Below, piece after piece: positions 26,991-37,926 of a stretch of DNA of 64,000 nucleotides. Position 1 is the stretch's first letter; the number at the start of each line of letters is the position of its first letter. The translations under genes were made by a program, and so were the position numbers. The DNA lies in the NCBI GenBank assembly GCA_013540605.1, contig JABVCK010000029.1, positions 257,022 to 321,021 on the forward strand, written 5' to 3'. This stretch comes from Bacillota bacterium. GTDB taxonomy: Bacteria; Bacillota; Clostridia; Ch29. The notes beneath the pieces were generated by a model. The model saw nothing but the letters and a program-made list of their open reading frames with translations. It did no database searches and was not told the DNA's origin.

Positions 26991-27626
26991 ATGATAACGA
27001 ATATTATCTGGGATTTCGACGGCACCCTCTATAATACTTATCCGGCAATAGCCATGGGTTTTATTAAAGCCCTGCAGAGGGATTACAATACAACTTATGA
27101 CTATTTGCAGGTGTATAATTGGTCAAGGACAGGGATCAACTATTGTTCGGAACGGTTGGGAGAGAAACTGGGAATGGACCCGGAAGCTGTCAAGGAGAGC
27201 TTTGAAGCATACTATTTAGCAGGAACAGGTATCGATGAACTGCCTTTTCCCGGCGCCGAGGCTGTGTGTGAAGCTATAGTGAAAAGAGGCGGCAGGAATT
27301 TTATAGTAACCCATAGGGGGAGGGCGTCGCTGGAAAGGCTCCTCTGCAAGCACGGTATGGATGCCTATTTTGACGAGCTCGTGTCTTCTGATTGCGGCTT
27401 TGCAAGAAAACCTAGCCCGGAAGCGTTTGATTACATTATTCAAAAATACAGGATTTCCATAGATAGAGTTATAGCGGTGGGAGACAGGCAAATAGATGTC
27501 CAGGCGGCGAATGCCGCAGGGGTGTTCTCCTGTTATTTCGACTCCGGAGGTGAGACATACTGTGAAGCGGATTTCCAGATATCAGATCTGTTTCAGCTGC
27601 TATCTATCATCAATGGAGAAAATTAA
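26991..27626 (+). CDS. HAD-superfamily hydrolase (phosphoglycolate-phosphatase-like)
   Basis: Motif I IIWDFDGTL, motif II VTHRG, motif IV GDRQIDVQAANAAG. Confidence 0.75.
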   Translation: MITNIIWDFDGTLYNTYPAIAMGFIKALQRDYNTTYDYLQVYNWSRTGINYCSERLGEKLGMDPEAVKESFEAYYLAGTGIDELPFPGAEAVCEAIVKRGGRNFIVTHRGRASLERLLCKHGMDAYFDELVSSDCGFARKPSPEAFDYIIQKYRISIDRVIAVGDRQIDVQAANAAGVFSCYFDSGGETYCEADFQISDLFQLLSIINGEN

Positions 27627-27731
27627 GATAAATAAAATAAAGGGTACAAGGAGGATATTACAGCGATGATACCCAACTCTGAGAATGACAGAGGCGTTAA
27701 TAATAACAAAGAGGGGGCAGAGGTGACAAAA

Positions 27732-29420
27732 ATGAGCAATCCCGGTCTGGCATCAAACTTTATTCAGAACATCATCAATGAGGACAATGAAAAGGGCACC
27801 TATGGCGGGAGGGTACATACAAGATTTCCACCGGAGCCAAATGGTTACCTGCATATCGGCCATGCAAAGGCAATATGCGTGGATTTTGGTATTGCTGCCC
27901 AGTATAACGGTCTTTGTAACTTGAGGTTTGACGATACAAATCCGAGTAAAGAAGATGTCGAATACGTAGAGTCAATAAAAAGGGATGTGAATTGGCTTGG
28001 TTTCGACTGGGAAGATCGTGAATACTATGCATCTGATTATTTTGAACAGCTGTACCGGTATGCTTTGCAGCTGATAAAAGCCGGCAAGGCTTATGTATGC
28101 GATCTTAGTCCGGAAGAGATCAGGGAATACAGAGGCACGCTGACCGAGCCGGGAAAGGAAAGCCCGTACAGGAACCGGTCGGTTGAAGAGAACCTTGACC
28201 TTTTTGAGAGAATGAAGGCAGGGGAGTACGAGGACGGCACAAGGGTTTTGAGGGCAAAAATAGATATGGCATCACCGAACCTGAACATGCGCGACCCGGT
28301 CCTATACAGGATACTGCGGTCAACCCACCACCGAACCGGCGATAAGTGGTGTATCTATCCCATGTACGATTATGCCCACCCCCTTTCGGATGCAATCGAA
28401 GGGGTGACCCACTCCATATGTACCCTTGAGTTTGAAGACCACAGACCGCTGTATGACTGGATATTGGCTGCACTGGAGCTGCCGAACCCGCCAAAACAGA
28501 TAGAGTTTGCAAGGCTGAACCTTACAAACACGATAATGAGCAAGAGAAAGCTGCGACAGCTGGTCGAAAAAGGCATTGTGGAGGGATGGGACGACCCGAG
28601 GATGCCCACGTTGTCCGGGCTGCGCAGACGTGGCTATACACCTGAAGCAATCAGGGACTTCTGTGAACGAATCGGTGTGGCAAAGAGCAACAGCGTGGTT
28701 GATATAGCACTGCTGGAGCACTGTATCAGGGAGGACCTGAATAAAAAAGTCCCCAGGGTTATGGCTGTTCTCAGACCCCTCAAAGTGGTGATTACCAACT
28801 ACCCTGAGGGTGAGGTTGAGTATGTTGAGGCTGAAAACAACCCGGAGGACCCGGGCGCCGGGACAAGGAAACTGCCCTTTGGACGGGAAATATATATCGA
28901 GCAGGATGATTTCCTTGAAGATCCCCCGAAAAAATTTTTCCGGCTTGCACCAGGAAAGGAAGTCAGATTAAAACACGCCTATATTATAAAATGCGAAGAT
29001 GTAATCAAGAATCAAAAAACCGGAGAAATCGTTGAGCTTCGCTGCACATACGATCCCGATACTATAAGCGGCGGCCCGTCAAGCGGTAGAAAGGTCAAGG
29101 GGACCCTTCACTGGGTATCGGCAAAGCATGCGCTGGACGCAAGAATAAGACTGTACGAGCACCTTCTGATTGACGAAGACGCTTGGGGGGAAGGAGAGGA
29201 AAACGATTTTCTTTCCCAGATAAATCCGAATTCCTTGGAAGTTTTAACCTCTAGCAAGGTAGAGGAGAGCCTTAAGGATGCGGCACCGGGCAGCCGGTTC
29301 CAGTTTTTGAGGCAGGGGTATTTCTGCGTTGATACCACTTCGGGTAAGGATAATTCCCTGGTATTTAACCGCATTGTCTCGCTTAAGGACACATGGGCGA
29401 AAATTAATAAGAATGAGTAG
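27732..29420 (+). CDS. glnS: Glutaminyl-tRNA synthetase
   Basis: [25 protein letters not shown] (HIGH) and MSKRK (KMSKS-like) motifs. Collinear with E. coli GlnRS from M at 27732. The in-frame ATG at 27666 has a stronger RBS (AAGGAGGA), so the start is ambiguous. Confidence 0.88.
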   Translation: MSNPGLASNFIQNIINEDNEKGTYGGRVHTRFPPEPNGYLHIGHAKAICVDFGIAAQYNGLCNLRFDDTNPSKEDVEYVESIKRDVNWLGFDWEDREYYASDYFEQLYRYALQLIKAGKAYVCDLSPEEIREYRGTLTEPGKESPYRNRSVEENLDLFERMKAGEYEDGTRVLRAKIDMASPNLNMRDPVLYRILRSTHHRTGDKWCIYPMYDYAHPLSDAIEGVTHSICTLEFEDHRPLYDWILAALELPNPPKQIEFARLNLTNTIMSKRKLRQLVEKGIVEGWDDPRMPTLSGLRRRGYTPEAIRDFCERIGVAKSNSVVDIALLEHCIREDLNKKVPRVMAVLRPLKVVITNYPEGEVEYVEAENNPEDPGAGTRKLPFGREIYIEQDDFLEDPPKKFFRLAPGKEVRLKHAYIIKCEDVIKNQKTGEIVELRCTYDPDTISGGPSSGRKVKGTLHWVSAKHALDARIRLYEHLLIDEDAWGEGEENDFLSQINPNSLEVLTSSKVEESLKDAAPGSRFQFLRQGYFCVDTTSGKDNSLVFNRIVSLKDTWAKINKNE

Positions 29421-29518
29421 ATTGCAAATGCCCGTTGCCGGCTTCTATGCCTATACGGGCATAAATATTAACCATAAACATATTATGTCAACTAACAGTA
29501 CCAGAGAGGTGCCTTGAT

Positions 29519-29923
29519 ATGGAGTATTGTGAATTCAAACAACAGCTTATGGAATTGCTGCAGGATGATTATTCCGGCGGTGAGATTGCCGAGGAGATGT
29601 ACTTTTTTATTATGGGCCAGTTTTTGGTATTTGCATTGGTAAAGGCAGGGGGATTGGACAGACGTATGAGAGAGTTGAATTATATAACCAACCCGTATCT
29701 CCCTATCGGTATCAAGGAAGTGGAGAGGAGAACGATGAGGTTTTTGAAAAGGTTTAAAGAAGCCGGTGGATGCGCAGGGCATAGGGAGAACTTTATATAT
29801 CGGATACTGGAGAAATACAGGTATATTAATGGTGAAGGAATAAAAAATCAAAGGACCTGTGAAGAGGCTTTCTATCTTGGCCTTCACAGCGAAAATATCA
29901 TAGCTGATACTGGAAAATTATAA
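29519..29923 (+). CDS. Hypothetical protein
   Basis: ORF only. No recognisable family. Confidence 0.3.
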   Translation: MEYCEFKQQLMELLQDDYSGGEIAEEMYFFIMGQFLVFALVKAGGLDRRMRELNYITNPYLPIGIKEVERRTMRFLKRFKEAGGCAGHRENFIYRILEKYRYINGEGIKNQRTCEEAFYLGLHSENIIADTGKL

Positions 29924-29971
29924 CCAAAAAAGAATAATCGCACGGGCTGAATAGGAATAATAAGCAAAGAA

Positions 29972-29998
29972 ATTATTCACGGTGTCTCCGTGAATAAT
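29972..29998. promoter_or_regulatory. Perfect 11-bp inverted repeat (candidate operator) upstream of the small ACT/NikR-C-like gene
   Basis: ATTATTCACGG-tgtct-CCGTGAATAAT. Confidence 0.35.
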
Positions 29999-30029
29999 CC
30001 GTATCAAATCAAGAAATGGAGGTTAACAT

Positions 30030-30287
30030 ATGGGGAAGACCGTGCTTGGAATCCAAATAAGAGACCGGTTCGAATGTGTTCCGGAAACACAGGAACTGTT
30101 TACCGAATTCGGCTGCATCATAAAAACCCGGCTGGGCCTCCACCAGCAGGCGGAGACCGGAGACGCCTGCACTGAAAAGGGCCTGATAATACTGGAGCTG
30201 GTAGAGAATTGCGACGATCGATGCAGGGAATTCGAGGAACGACTGAACGAAGTTGAAGGAATCAAGGTCAGAAAGATGGAGTTTTAG
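30030..30287 (+). CDS. Small ACT-like / NikR-C-terminal-like putative regulatory protein
   Basis: 85 aa. Weak resemblance to NikR C-domain-like small regulators (hydrogenase-system regulator type). RBS GGAGG is present. Confidence 0.35.
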   Translation: MGKTVLGIQIRDRFECVPETQELFTEFGCIIKTRLGLHQQAETGDACTEKGLIILELVENCDDRCREFEERLNEVEGIKVRKMEF

Positions 30288-30298
30288 ATAGCAGCCAT

Positions 30299-31114
30299 CT
30301 ATACCGAACAGGCGAGGGCGGTTATAGTTCTAAAGGCCCTGTAGGCGGTAATAACATCCGGAGCAGTATAGGCGACTGTATTGGCTCCGGTTCTTTCTAT
30401 TCCGGGCATTATTTCGGCTTCGTCCGCCATACCGCTGTTCATCAGTGTGACTTCCATATGAACCGGCTCTACGGCCTTTACGGGCAGCATCCGGTCTTTA
30501 TTCTGAATCGCCGATTGTGCCGCTTCTTCTATCAACGCACAGGCTCTTTCAGGATGCATGCACAGGGCTGAGTACCTTCCCCTGGCCTTCTTTACTGTAA
30601 CAGCCTGGATACCCGTAACCATCGCTTCAGCCTCACAGGTAAGCTGGTCGTCGCCCGTTGCCATTAGAACGGGTACATTGTAATGGCCGGCAATATAGCA
30701 ATTGAGGCCGAATTCCCCTATATCCGTCCCGTTAATCTTCAGGTTATACACCGACCTGCTGCTGTACGTGTGATTCAGCACCCCACGGGTATTAATCCTC
30801 GAGTGGTAGCCTATCAGCAATACCCCGTCAAAGGTGTCGTCCAGTCCCTCCATCATGCTGTTAAGCTTCGGGTAGCCCGATATTAAAACAGCCTCGGGGT
30901 GAAGGTCTTCAATAACTATGTTTGTCATTTTGTTGTGGGAGTCATTAACAATCACTTCAGAAGCCCCGGCCTTTAGAGCGCCTCTTATTGCCGCGTTAAC
31001 CTCTCCCGTCATTAAGCTTCTTGCCCGGTGGTAGTCGTACCCGGATTCCGATGTGCAGTCCCAGTTGACGATACCGCATATTCCTTCCATATCCACTGAA
31101 ATATAAATTTTCAA
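30299..31114 (-). CDS. dppA: D-aminopeptidase DppA (peptidase family M55)
   Basis: Strong collinearity with B. subtilis DppA: MKIYISVDMEGICG ... VIVNDSHNKMTN...LHPEA..LISG. Confidence 0.85.
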   Translation of the reverse strand: MKIYISVDMEGICGIVNWDCTSESGYDYHRARSLMTGEVNAAIRGALKAGASEVIVNDSHNKMTNIVIEDLHPEAVLISGYPKLNSMMEGLDDTFDGVLLIGYHSRINTRGVLNHTYSSRSVYNLKINGTDIGEFGLNCYIAGHYNVPVLMATGDDQLTCEAEAMVTGIQAVTVKKARGRYSALCMHPERACALIEEAAQSAIQNKDRMLPVKAVEPVHMEVTLMNSGMADEAEIMPGIERTGANTVAYTAPDVITAYRAFRTITALACSV

Positions 31115-31244
31115 CAGGCAGACCTCCTTTTTACCCTTTATAAAACTATTATAACAGGTTTGTTGGATTAATTTGCTTCATCTATTAAAAATAAGTAAAA
31201 TGTAATATAATAAATGCTATGAGAAATATCGGAGGAAATGTTTT

Positions 31245-31946
31245 ATGGAGAGCTTACAAGAGAAAAACCACAACCCTGTCCTTCCGGCAAAACCGCCGGA
31301 TGAGCTGATACCCGAGGGATACAGGAAAAAGGTGCTGGTGATGTGGTTCAGTTTTTTTGGCGTGCTTTTCGGGATTGCAAATATGGGAGGAGCGCTGGGC
31401 TTTGTTCTGCCGGTATCCCTGATAATCCTTGCGGCGGATTTGATTCTGATAGTGTTTGGGCGGGTCAAGGACAGGCCCGTATGGTTATATAAGGAGGCCT
31501 ATGAAGGCTTCAGCAGGAGGAGATATGATAAGGCTTTAAAGAAACTGGAAGAGATAGTGCGGCTGAGACCTGATATGGAAGGCAGGCTCCTACCTGCTTT
31601 GATGGTATGCAGGAGCAGGACGCGGGATATCGAAAAAGCTCAAGCTGACATGCAAAAGCTATTCTCAGGCGGCATGATAGGCAGTGATACAAGTCCACTT
31701 TTGCTTATTGAAGCGCTTTGTTTGTTAAGGATAGCAAAGGATTGGAGCAGGGTTATTGAAGTAGCAGGCTATATTCCCCAGGACAGACTGTACGGGGATT
31801 ATTACAAATATTATATGGGTATAGCATTAGCCGAAACCGCAGACACGGAGAAGGCGGCTGAATACCTGGAATCCATTGAGGAGAAGTATAGATTCCCCGA
31901 CCTGAAGGCATATTTGGACAGGGACAGTACTGATCAGAGGATGTAG
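31245..31946 (+). CDS. Hypothetical membrane protein with a TPR-like C-terminal region
   Basis: Two predicted TM helices followed by a helical-repeat domain. Confidence 0.45.
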   Translation: MESLQEKNHNPVLPAKPPDELIPEGYRKKVLVMWFSFFGVLFGIANMGGALGFVLPVSLIILAADLILIVFGRVKDRPVWLYKEAYEGFSRRRYDKALKKLEEIVRLRPDMEGRLLPALMVCRSRTRDIEKAQADMQKLFSGGMIGSDTSPLLLIEALCLLRIAKDWSRVIEVAGYIPQDRLYGDYYKYYMGIALAETADTEKAAEYLESIEEKYRFPDLKAYLDRDSTDQRM

Positions 31947-31986
31947 GGGGAGAAGCACGGGTCAATATAGGGTGGAGGTGTTTGAA

Positions 31987-33231
31987 ATGAGAAAAAAGAT
32001 ACTACCGGTGCTTTTACTGGCTGTAGCGCTAATGCTTTTAGGGTGCAGCAGGGACACTATGAAGGTAAGCACAGGAGAACTGGATTTTGAATTTATCGAT
32101 AACGCAAGCAAAAAATCTGCAGCCGGTATGGATCCAATGGTTCTGGATGTAAAACTGCTTGACGAGGATAAAAGCAGCATATATATAGGAGTTAACGTGC
32201 CTTTCAATTCATATATAAAAAATATTTTCATGGATGAGGGCGGAGAAATAACCATCGACCTGGATATGAAGCCCCAGATGGAGAATAAGGATCCTTTCCA
32301 ATCCCTGGCTCCCTCGGAAGTGTACATAATAAAATTAGACAAAGCATATAGGGGTGCCTTTCAGAGAGAGGGGTTAACCTTTACGGTTCAGTCAAACAAG
32401 ATGGATAGGGTGATCGATTACCAGTCAGCTCAGCTTCAAGCCTGGAACCATCTTGATACAGACTTTACCAGCACACTCAACTGCCTGGCTTTATATAATA
32501 AGGATAGTGAGCTGAGGCTCTCATATATCTTCTTTTTCGGGGATACGGAGAATATTAACAGGGCAGGGAACGAGCTTATAAGCGGTGTAATAGCCGTAGA
32601 CGCCTTGAACGGCCAGATGCTTGAATACAGGCTGTTTTCAAGGAAGAACCTGCCCGGCACCTTCCGATTTGCCAAAGGTTACACCGTAGAAGGATGGAAG
32701 GACCCGCTCACAATCATCGGCCGGGGAGCAGATGGGAATAGTTACTTCCTCATAGATATGCTGGGGAACCCTGAGCCCCTTAAGGAAGACAGGGCATTGG
32801 AGCTGATTGACAGTTATACGAACAGTACGGCTTCAATGGATGGATATAATCTGTTACAGGAAACCTCGGAAAATGATCTTGGGTTTATGTACACTGAAGA
32901 GGCGTTTGTGATGGAAAAAAGAACATCAAGGAAAATTCCCATTGTACTGCCCGAGAATTCATATATTGTCGGTGCGAAATGGGACAGGCAGGGGAAGAAT
33001 CTGTACTTTACAACGGAAATTGCTGAGCCCAGCTACGGCAATTTTTGGTCATATTATACATTGTGGAGTTTAAGCCTGATGGACGGCAGTTTAAAGGAGA
33101 TAACCAAACTGCCGGCGGGGGACTTCTACATCAATACCGACGGCTCTAAGCTGGCATATAACGGGCTTGAAGGAGATTTGTTCATACTGGATTTAAAGAA
33201 CATGGATAAGGCAGACAGAATACTTAAGTGA
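31987..33231 (+). CDS. Hypothetical lipoprotein
   Basis: RBS GGAGGTG lies 7 nt before ATG. Signal peptide with a lipobox LLGCS. Confidence 0.5.
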   Translation: MRKKILPVLLLAVALMLLGCSRDTMKVSTGELDFEFIDNASKKSAAGMDPMVLDVKLLDEDKSSIYIGVNVPFNSYIKNIFMDEGGEITIDLDMKPQMENKDPFQSLAPSEVYIIKLDKAYRGAFQREGLTFTVQSNKMDRVIDYQSAQLQAWNHLDTDFTSTLNCLALYNKDSELRLSYIFFFGDTENINRAGNELISGVIAVDALNGQMLEYRLFSRKNLPGTFRFAKGYTVEGWKDPLTIIGRGADGNSYFLIDMLGNPEPLKEDRALELIDSYTNSTASMDGYNLLQETSENDLGFMYTEEAFVMEKRTSRKIPIVLPENSYIVGAKWDRQGKNLYFTTEIAEPSYGNFWSYYTLWSLSLMDGSLKEITKLPAGDFYINTDGSKLAYNGLEGDLFILDLKNMDKADRILK

Positions 33232-33324
33232 GCATAGCAGAATATAAATGCAAAAATTGCCCTGCAGGGCAATTTTTACTGTGAAAAAATCAAATAATAA
33301 GTATAATGTAGGATAAGGACTGGT

Positions 33325-34452
33325 GTGCAAATGAGTATTAAAGGAAACGTAAGAGTCGATAAAAAAACGAAAAACCTGGTAAAGCGGTTGTGCCCTGGGG
33401 AAATTGCGCTTATCTGTCACAGGGACCTCGACGAGTTAGGCGCCCTTTCTTTGATTAATGCGAGGGTGAAGGCTGTTGTAAATGCAGATATATCCATAAG
33501 CGGTAAATACCCGAACCTTGGGCCGGAACTCCTGTGCAAGGAGGGTATACCCTTAATCGACGGTGTTGGCCTTCATATAATGAATCAGGTAAAGGAAGGC
33601 GACATCTTGGAGATTTGCGGGGGAGACATACTGAAGCACGGAGAAATTATCGGAAGCGGAACTGTCCTGGATGCGGAGAGCGTAAGGGAAATGATGAACA
33701 GAGCAAGGGACAACATAGAAAAGGAACTGGATAGTTTTATTGACAATACCCTTGAATACGCAAAAAGGGAAAAGAGATTCATACTTGGACAGATCGAAAT
33801 GCCTCATATAAATACAAGGGTTAAGGGAAGACACGCCCTTGTTGTCGTTAGGGGAAGGGACTATAAGGTCGACTTAGGCGCTATAAGGTCATACATTGAG
33901 GAGGTCAAACCTGTACTGATAGGGGTGGACGGGGGAGCGGACGCCCTGATGGAGTTTGGATTGGTCCCGGATATTATAATAGGCGACATGGACAGCGTAA
34001 GCGACAGAGCCCTCAAGAGCTGTTCGGATATTATCGTTCATGCGTATGCCGATGGGAGGGCACCGGGATTAGACAGGGTGGAGGCCCTCGGCCTGAATGC
34101 GAGCATCCTTTCTATTCCCGGGACAAGCGAGGACATCGCCATGCTGCTTTCGTTTGAGAAGGGGGCTGAACTGATTGTAGCCGTGGGCACCCATTCAAAT
34201 ATGATAGATTTTCTTGAAAAGGGCCGCAGGGGTATGGCCAGTACTTTCCTGACGCGTTTAAAGGTTGGGAGCATTCTGGTCGACGCAAAGGGCGTCAACA
34301 AGCTTTACAGGGAGACAATTAAAGCGAAACATCTGGCCGGTCTTGTTGTGGCGGCAATGATTCCCGTATTGATTGTAGGATTTATGTCGCCTCCGCTTCA
34401 GCAGCTTGTAAAGCTGCTGGCGATTAGGATGAAATTGATCATGGGATTTTAA
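33325..34452 (+). CDS. steA: SteA-like putative cytokinetic-ring protein (thiamine-pyrophosphokinase-like domain)
   Basis: Collinear with actinobacterial SteA: LVKRLCPGEIALICHRDLD...AVVNADISISGKYPNLGPELLCKEGIPLID. Confidence 0.65.
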   Translation: MQMSIKGNVRVDKKTKNLVKRLCPGEIALICHRDLDELGALSLINARVKAVVNADISISGKYPNLGPELLCKEGIPLIDGVGLHIMNQVKEGDILEICGGDILKHGEIIGSGTVLDAESVREMMNRARDNIEKELDSFIDNTLEYAKREKRFILGQIEMPHINTRVKGRHALVVVRGRDYKVDLGAIRSYIEEVKPVLIGVDGGADALMEFGLVPDIIIGDMDSVSDRALKSCSDIIVHAYADGRAPGLDRVEALGLNASILSIPGTSEDIAMLLSFEKGAELIVAVGTHSNMIDFLEKGRRGMASTFLTRLKVGSILVDAKGVNKLYRETIKAKHLAGLVVAAMIPVLIVGFMSPPLQQLVKLLAIRMKLIMGF

Positions 34453-34466
34453 GGGAGTGTGTAAAA

Positions 34467-35348
34467 TTGATTATGAGTATGCGGTATTACCTTATTACTA
34501 TAGCCTCAATCTTTCTTGCCCTGGGGATTGGCATCTTCATCGGATTTACGCTGGATGGGCAGGAGATATTTGTAGAACAGCAGCAGAGCTTGATTAGTGA
34601 GCTTGAATACAGGTTCAGTGAGCTAAAGAACGAAAATGCCAGCATGAAAAAGATTGTTGATGCAAAGGAAGAAGAATTGATGCTCCACAGGGAATTTATT
34701 AATCAGGTGTTTCCCCGGCTGGTGGAAGGCCGGCTTGTCGGACAGAATGTTGCAATAGTTGAAAGCAGCGATGAATTCATATATACAGGTCTGATAACAT
34801 CGCTGAAAAGGGCTGGCGCGAATGTAGTGTCCGTCACATTTATAAAAGATGGCTTCATCAAGGGAGATGCGGAAAAAATCGGTATGGTGCTTCAAAAAAT
34901 CAACGAGGAATTGGAGCCGGAAAAATCACAGGAGTATCTGGTTAAAAGGCTTGTGAACGCAATTCTCACTCAGAAGGATAGGGAGTTTGTAGCGGCAATG
35001 AAAGAATTTCAACTGATAGAGGTATCAGGGGAGTACGATGCACCGGTGGATTACTTCATTATAGCAGGCGGAAGTACGACAGGCGGCGCAGGTAATATTG
35101 ACAAAATTGACATACCCATGATTTCTGCCGTAAAAAGCAGCAGCATACCGGTAGTGGGAGTCGAGAAGACCGATTGTTCGGATTCTTATATACCCCACTA
35201 TAAAAAAATGAAGATTTCCACAGTAGACAACATTGACAGTATCATCGGGCAATACTCTCTGATTATGATACTGCAGGGCAATGAAGGGCATTTTGGCGTG
35301 AAGGAAACTGCGGATTCCTTAACACCCGATGATTATAAGGTTAAATAG
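34467..35348 (+). CDS. MctB/SteB-family membrane-anchored protein (annotated elsewhere as copper transporter MctB)
   Basis: N-terminal TM segment (YYLITIASIFLALGIGIFIGFTLDG) followed by a coiled-coil, immediately after steA as in Actinobacteria. Confidence 0.6.
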   Translation: MIMSMRYYLITIASIFLALGIGIFIGFTLDGQEIFVEQQQSLISELEYRFSELKNENASMKKIVDAKEEELMLHREFINQVFPRLVEGRLVGQNVAIVESSDEFIYTGLITSLKRAGANVVSVTFIKDGFIKGDAEKIGMVLQKINEELEPEKSQEYLVKRLVNAILTQKDREFVAAMKEFQLIEVSGEYDAPVDYFIIAGGSTTGGAGNIDKIDIPMISAVKSSSIPVVGVEKTDCSDSYIPHYKKMKISTVDNIDSIIGQYSLIMILQGNEGHFGVKETADSLTPDDYKVK

Positions 35349-35358
35349 GGTGGTTGAG

Positions 35359-36042
35359 ATGAAGGACAGTGTAACAGTAATTATTCCGGCGTACAATGAG
35401 GAGCTGGCCATAGGGGATACGATAGATGGCCTCAAAAGCACCGGCCTTGTGGAAACTATACTTGTAATAGACGACGGGTCGAAGGATAGAACGGGGAATA
35501 TTGCAAAAGAGCATGGAGCGAAAGTAATAAAACTCGAAACAAACATGGGTAAGGGTCATGCCTTGAACCTCGGGGTTAAAATAGCCAATACCGAAATAAT
35601 AGCCTTTGTTGATGCTGATTTGGGGATGTCATCCTCTGAAATAAAAAAACTGATAGTTCCGGTTGCTGAAGGAAGAGCGGATGTTGCAATAGCACAGTTT
35701 CCGCCGGCAAAGAGAAAGGGTGGTTTCGGGTTGGTTAAGCGGCTGGCCCGGCATACTGTCAAAAGGTTTGCCGGTGCGGAGATAAATGCATGCCTATCGG
35801 GTCAAAGAGTATTTCGCAAGGAGGTACTCGATAGCATCGGCCCGATACCCGGGGGATATGCCGCAGAGGTCGGCATCAATATCCGTGTGCTGAAAAAAGG
35901 TTTCCGGATCGAAGAAGTACCGGTTTTTATGACGCATCATGAAACCGGGAGAGACATCAGGGGTTTTATTCACAGAGGGAAGCAGTTTGTTGATATTATA
36001 AAGCTGTACATAGAGGCGGGTGTTGGCAAATGGCTATTCTAA
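35359..36042 (+). CDS. Family-2 glycosyltransferase (polyprenyl-phosphate sugar transferase-like)
   Basis: VIIPAYNEE start, DDGSKD and VDAD (DxD) motifs. Confidence 0.8.
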   Translation: MKDSVTVIIPAYNEELAIGDTIDGLKSTGLVETILVIDDGSKDRTGNIAKEHGAKVIKLETNMGKGHALNLGVKIANTEIIAFVDADLGMSSSEIKKLIVPVAEGRADVAIAQFPPAKRKGGFGLVKRLARHTVKRFAGAEINACLSGQRVFRKEVLDSIGPIPGGYAAEVGINIRVLKKGFRIEEVPVFMTHHETGRDIRGFIHRGKQFVDIIKLYIEAGVGKWLF

Positions 36043-36866
36043 CCGTAGCCGTGACGGCGGCGTTAACAGCAGTAATGGTTCCCTTTGTGGTCACCATGCT
36101 GAAGGCTGCGGGAGCAGTACGGGGCAACTACCGGGGAGACCAGGTGCCGGTGAGTGTGGGAATAGTGTTTATACCTGCAATAATTACCGGCAGTTTCTTG
36201 ATTATGATAGTACATCCGGAGCATAAAGAGATCATGCTTCTGGGCATACTGGGCGCAGCGGTAATGGGGTTTGTGGGCATCATCGACGACCTGCTGGGCT
36301 CACGGAGTGTCCTGGGCTTTAAGGGGCACCTGAAAAGCCTGCTGGAGGGAAGACTGACAACCGGCGGGTTCAAGGCGATAATTGGCGGGATTGTGGCAGC
36401 GTCAATATCCATATACATTTCCACAGGCGCGGGCGAGTGGATACTGAACGTTTTGGTTATTGCCCTGTTTACAAATCTGTTGAATTTGTCGGATTTGAGA
36501 CCGGGAAGGGCTATAAAGCTTTTTTTTATGCTGTGGTTTATTTCATTCATTCCGGCGTTTAACCAGGAATACAGGTTCCTGCTTTACCCCCTTATAGGCG
36601 GAATACTCGCATACATGCCCACAGACATAAAGGCAAAGGGAATGATGGGTGATGTGGGATCAAATGTGCTGGGAATAGCTATGGGCTTGTACTACTGTCT
36701 TATCAGCTCTGTCTATCTGAGAATGGTGATACTTGTGATACTGGTATTTTTGCAGCTGGTGGGGGAAAGGTATTCCTTTACAGCAATTATTGACCGTAAC
36801 AGAATACTGAGCTTTATTGACGGGTTAGGCAGGGGGAAGGTGGGAGGTTATAATGATAAGGACTAG
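36030..36866 (+). CDS. MraY/WecA-family (GT4) polyprenyl-phosphate N-acetylhexosamine-1-phosphate transferase-like membrane protein
   Basis: Polytopic membrane protein with an IIDDLLG motif. It overlaps the GT2 stop. Confidence 0.6.
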   Translation: MAILTVAVTAALTAVMVPFVVTMLKAAGAVRGNYRGDQVPVSVGIVFIPAIITGSFLIMIVHPEHKEIMLLGILGAAVMGFVGIIDDLLGSRSVLGFKGHLKSLLEGRLTTGGFKAIIGGIVAASISIYISTGAGEWILNVLVIALFTNLLNLSDLRPGRAIKLFFMLWFISFIPAFNQEYRFLLYPLIGGILAYMPTDIKAKGMMGDVGSNVLGIAMGLYYCLISSVYLRMVILVILVFLQLVGERYSFTAIIDRNRILSFIDGLGRGKVGGYNDKD

Positions 36867-37926
36867 AGTAGGCACGGTAAAGAGGATAATCGCCGAAGCC
36901 CATGGGACACAACTGCTTGAAGTTGAAGTGGATGGGAAGGACGATAAGGCAATATCCTATTTGGGTTTGACGGGAAAGGTGCAGATAGGAAACAGGCTAT
37001 TGCTTAACACAACAGCCTCTTATCTGGGTTTGGGCACGGGAGGATATCACTTTGTAATGGCAAATTACGACAGCCCTGCTGCGGATCTGCATGGTAAGGG
37101 GCATATAATGAAGCTGAGATATACGCCCCTGCAGGGAAAATGCTTGGCTGTTGAGGAGCAGCAGAGCGAATGGCATGAAAGGATTAAGGCATTCGGAGGG
37201 CTCAGGGGGACCCCGGTTTTGACCGTGGGCCTGCATAGTATGCTGCCGCCTTTATGCGCTGCTATAAAAATCTTGAAACCGGATAAGAGAATCGGATATG
37301 TTATGACGGACGGGGCGGCCCTGCCTATGGCATTCAGCGATGCGGTAGCGGAACTGAAAGAAAAATCCCTCATTGAGACGGCGGTATCCGCCGGAAATGC
37401 TTTCGGAGGGGACCTGGAAGCGGTTAATTTTTTTACCGGAATAATTGCTGCAAGGGAGGCTGCCGGGTGTGATATTATCATTGTCGGTATGGGTCCCGGG
37501 ATAGTAGGAACAGGAACCAAGTACGGTTTTTCCGGAATTGAACAGGGTTACATAATAGATGGAATAAATACCCTCGGGGGCTTGCCCATTACCGTTCCAC
37601 GGGTCAGTTTTGCAGACATGAGAAACAGGCACCGGGGCATCAGTCACCATACGATCACAGTGCTTACGGAGATTGCAAAGACGCGTTCGGTGCTGCCGCT
37701 GCCAGTAATTGAGGATGAAAAACTGAGATGCCTGAAGGAGCAGGTAACCCTCCACGGAATTGATAAAAAGCACAGGGTTTTGTTCAGGGAGGGCGACCTG
37801 GTGTTTGATGCGGTGGAAGAATACGGTTTGCAGGTGACAACAATGGGTAGAGGGATAAAAGATGACCCGGACTATTTCAAAGCTGTAGGCTCAGCTGCTG
37901 TGTACTGCTGTGAATATGCTCAATAA
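36853..37926 (+). CDS. DUF3866-like hypothetical protein, last gene of the steA operon
   Basis: The start overlaps the previous stop. Recalled as commonly found after steA/mctB/GT genes in Clostridia. The family assignment is from memory only. Confidence 0.45.
   Translation: MIRTRVGTVKRIIAEAHGTQLLEVEVDGKDDKAISYLGLTGKVQIGNRLLLNTTASYLGLGTGGYHFVMANYDSPAADLHGKGHIMKLRYTPLQGKCLAVEEQQSEWHERIKAFGGLRGTPVLTVGLHSMLPPLCAAIKILKPDKRIGYVMTDGAALPMAFSDAVAELKEKSLIETAVSAGNAFGGDLEAVNFFTGIIAAREAAGCDIIIVGMGPGIVGTGTKYGFSGIEQGYIIDGINTLGGLPITVPRVSFADMRNRHRGISHHTITVLTEIAKTRSVLPLPVIEDEKLRCLKEQVTLHGIDKKHRVLFREGDLVFDAVEEYGLQVTTMGRGIKDDPDYFKAVGSAAVYCCEYAQ

Noticed and set aside
27666-27731. N-terminal 22-aa extension of glnS
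   Set aside because: Homology to GlnRS begins at Met 27732. The upstream ATG has a good RBS, so it is kept as an alternative start, not a separate feature.
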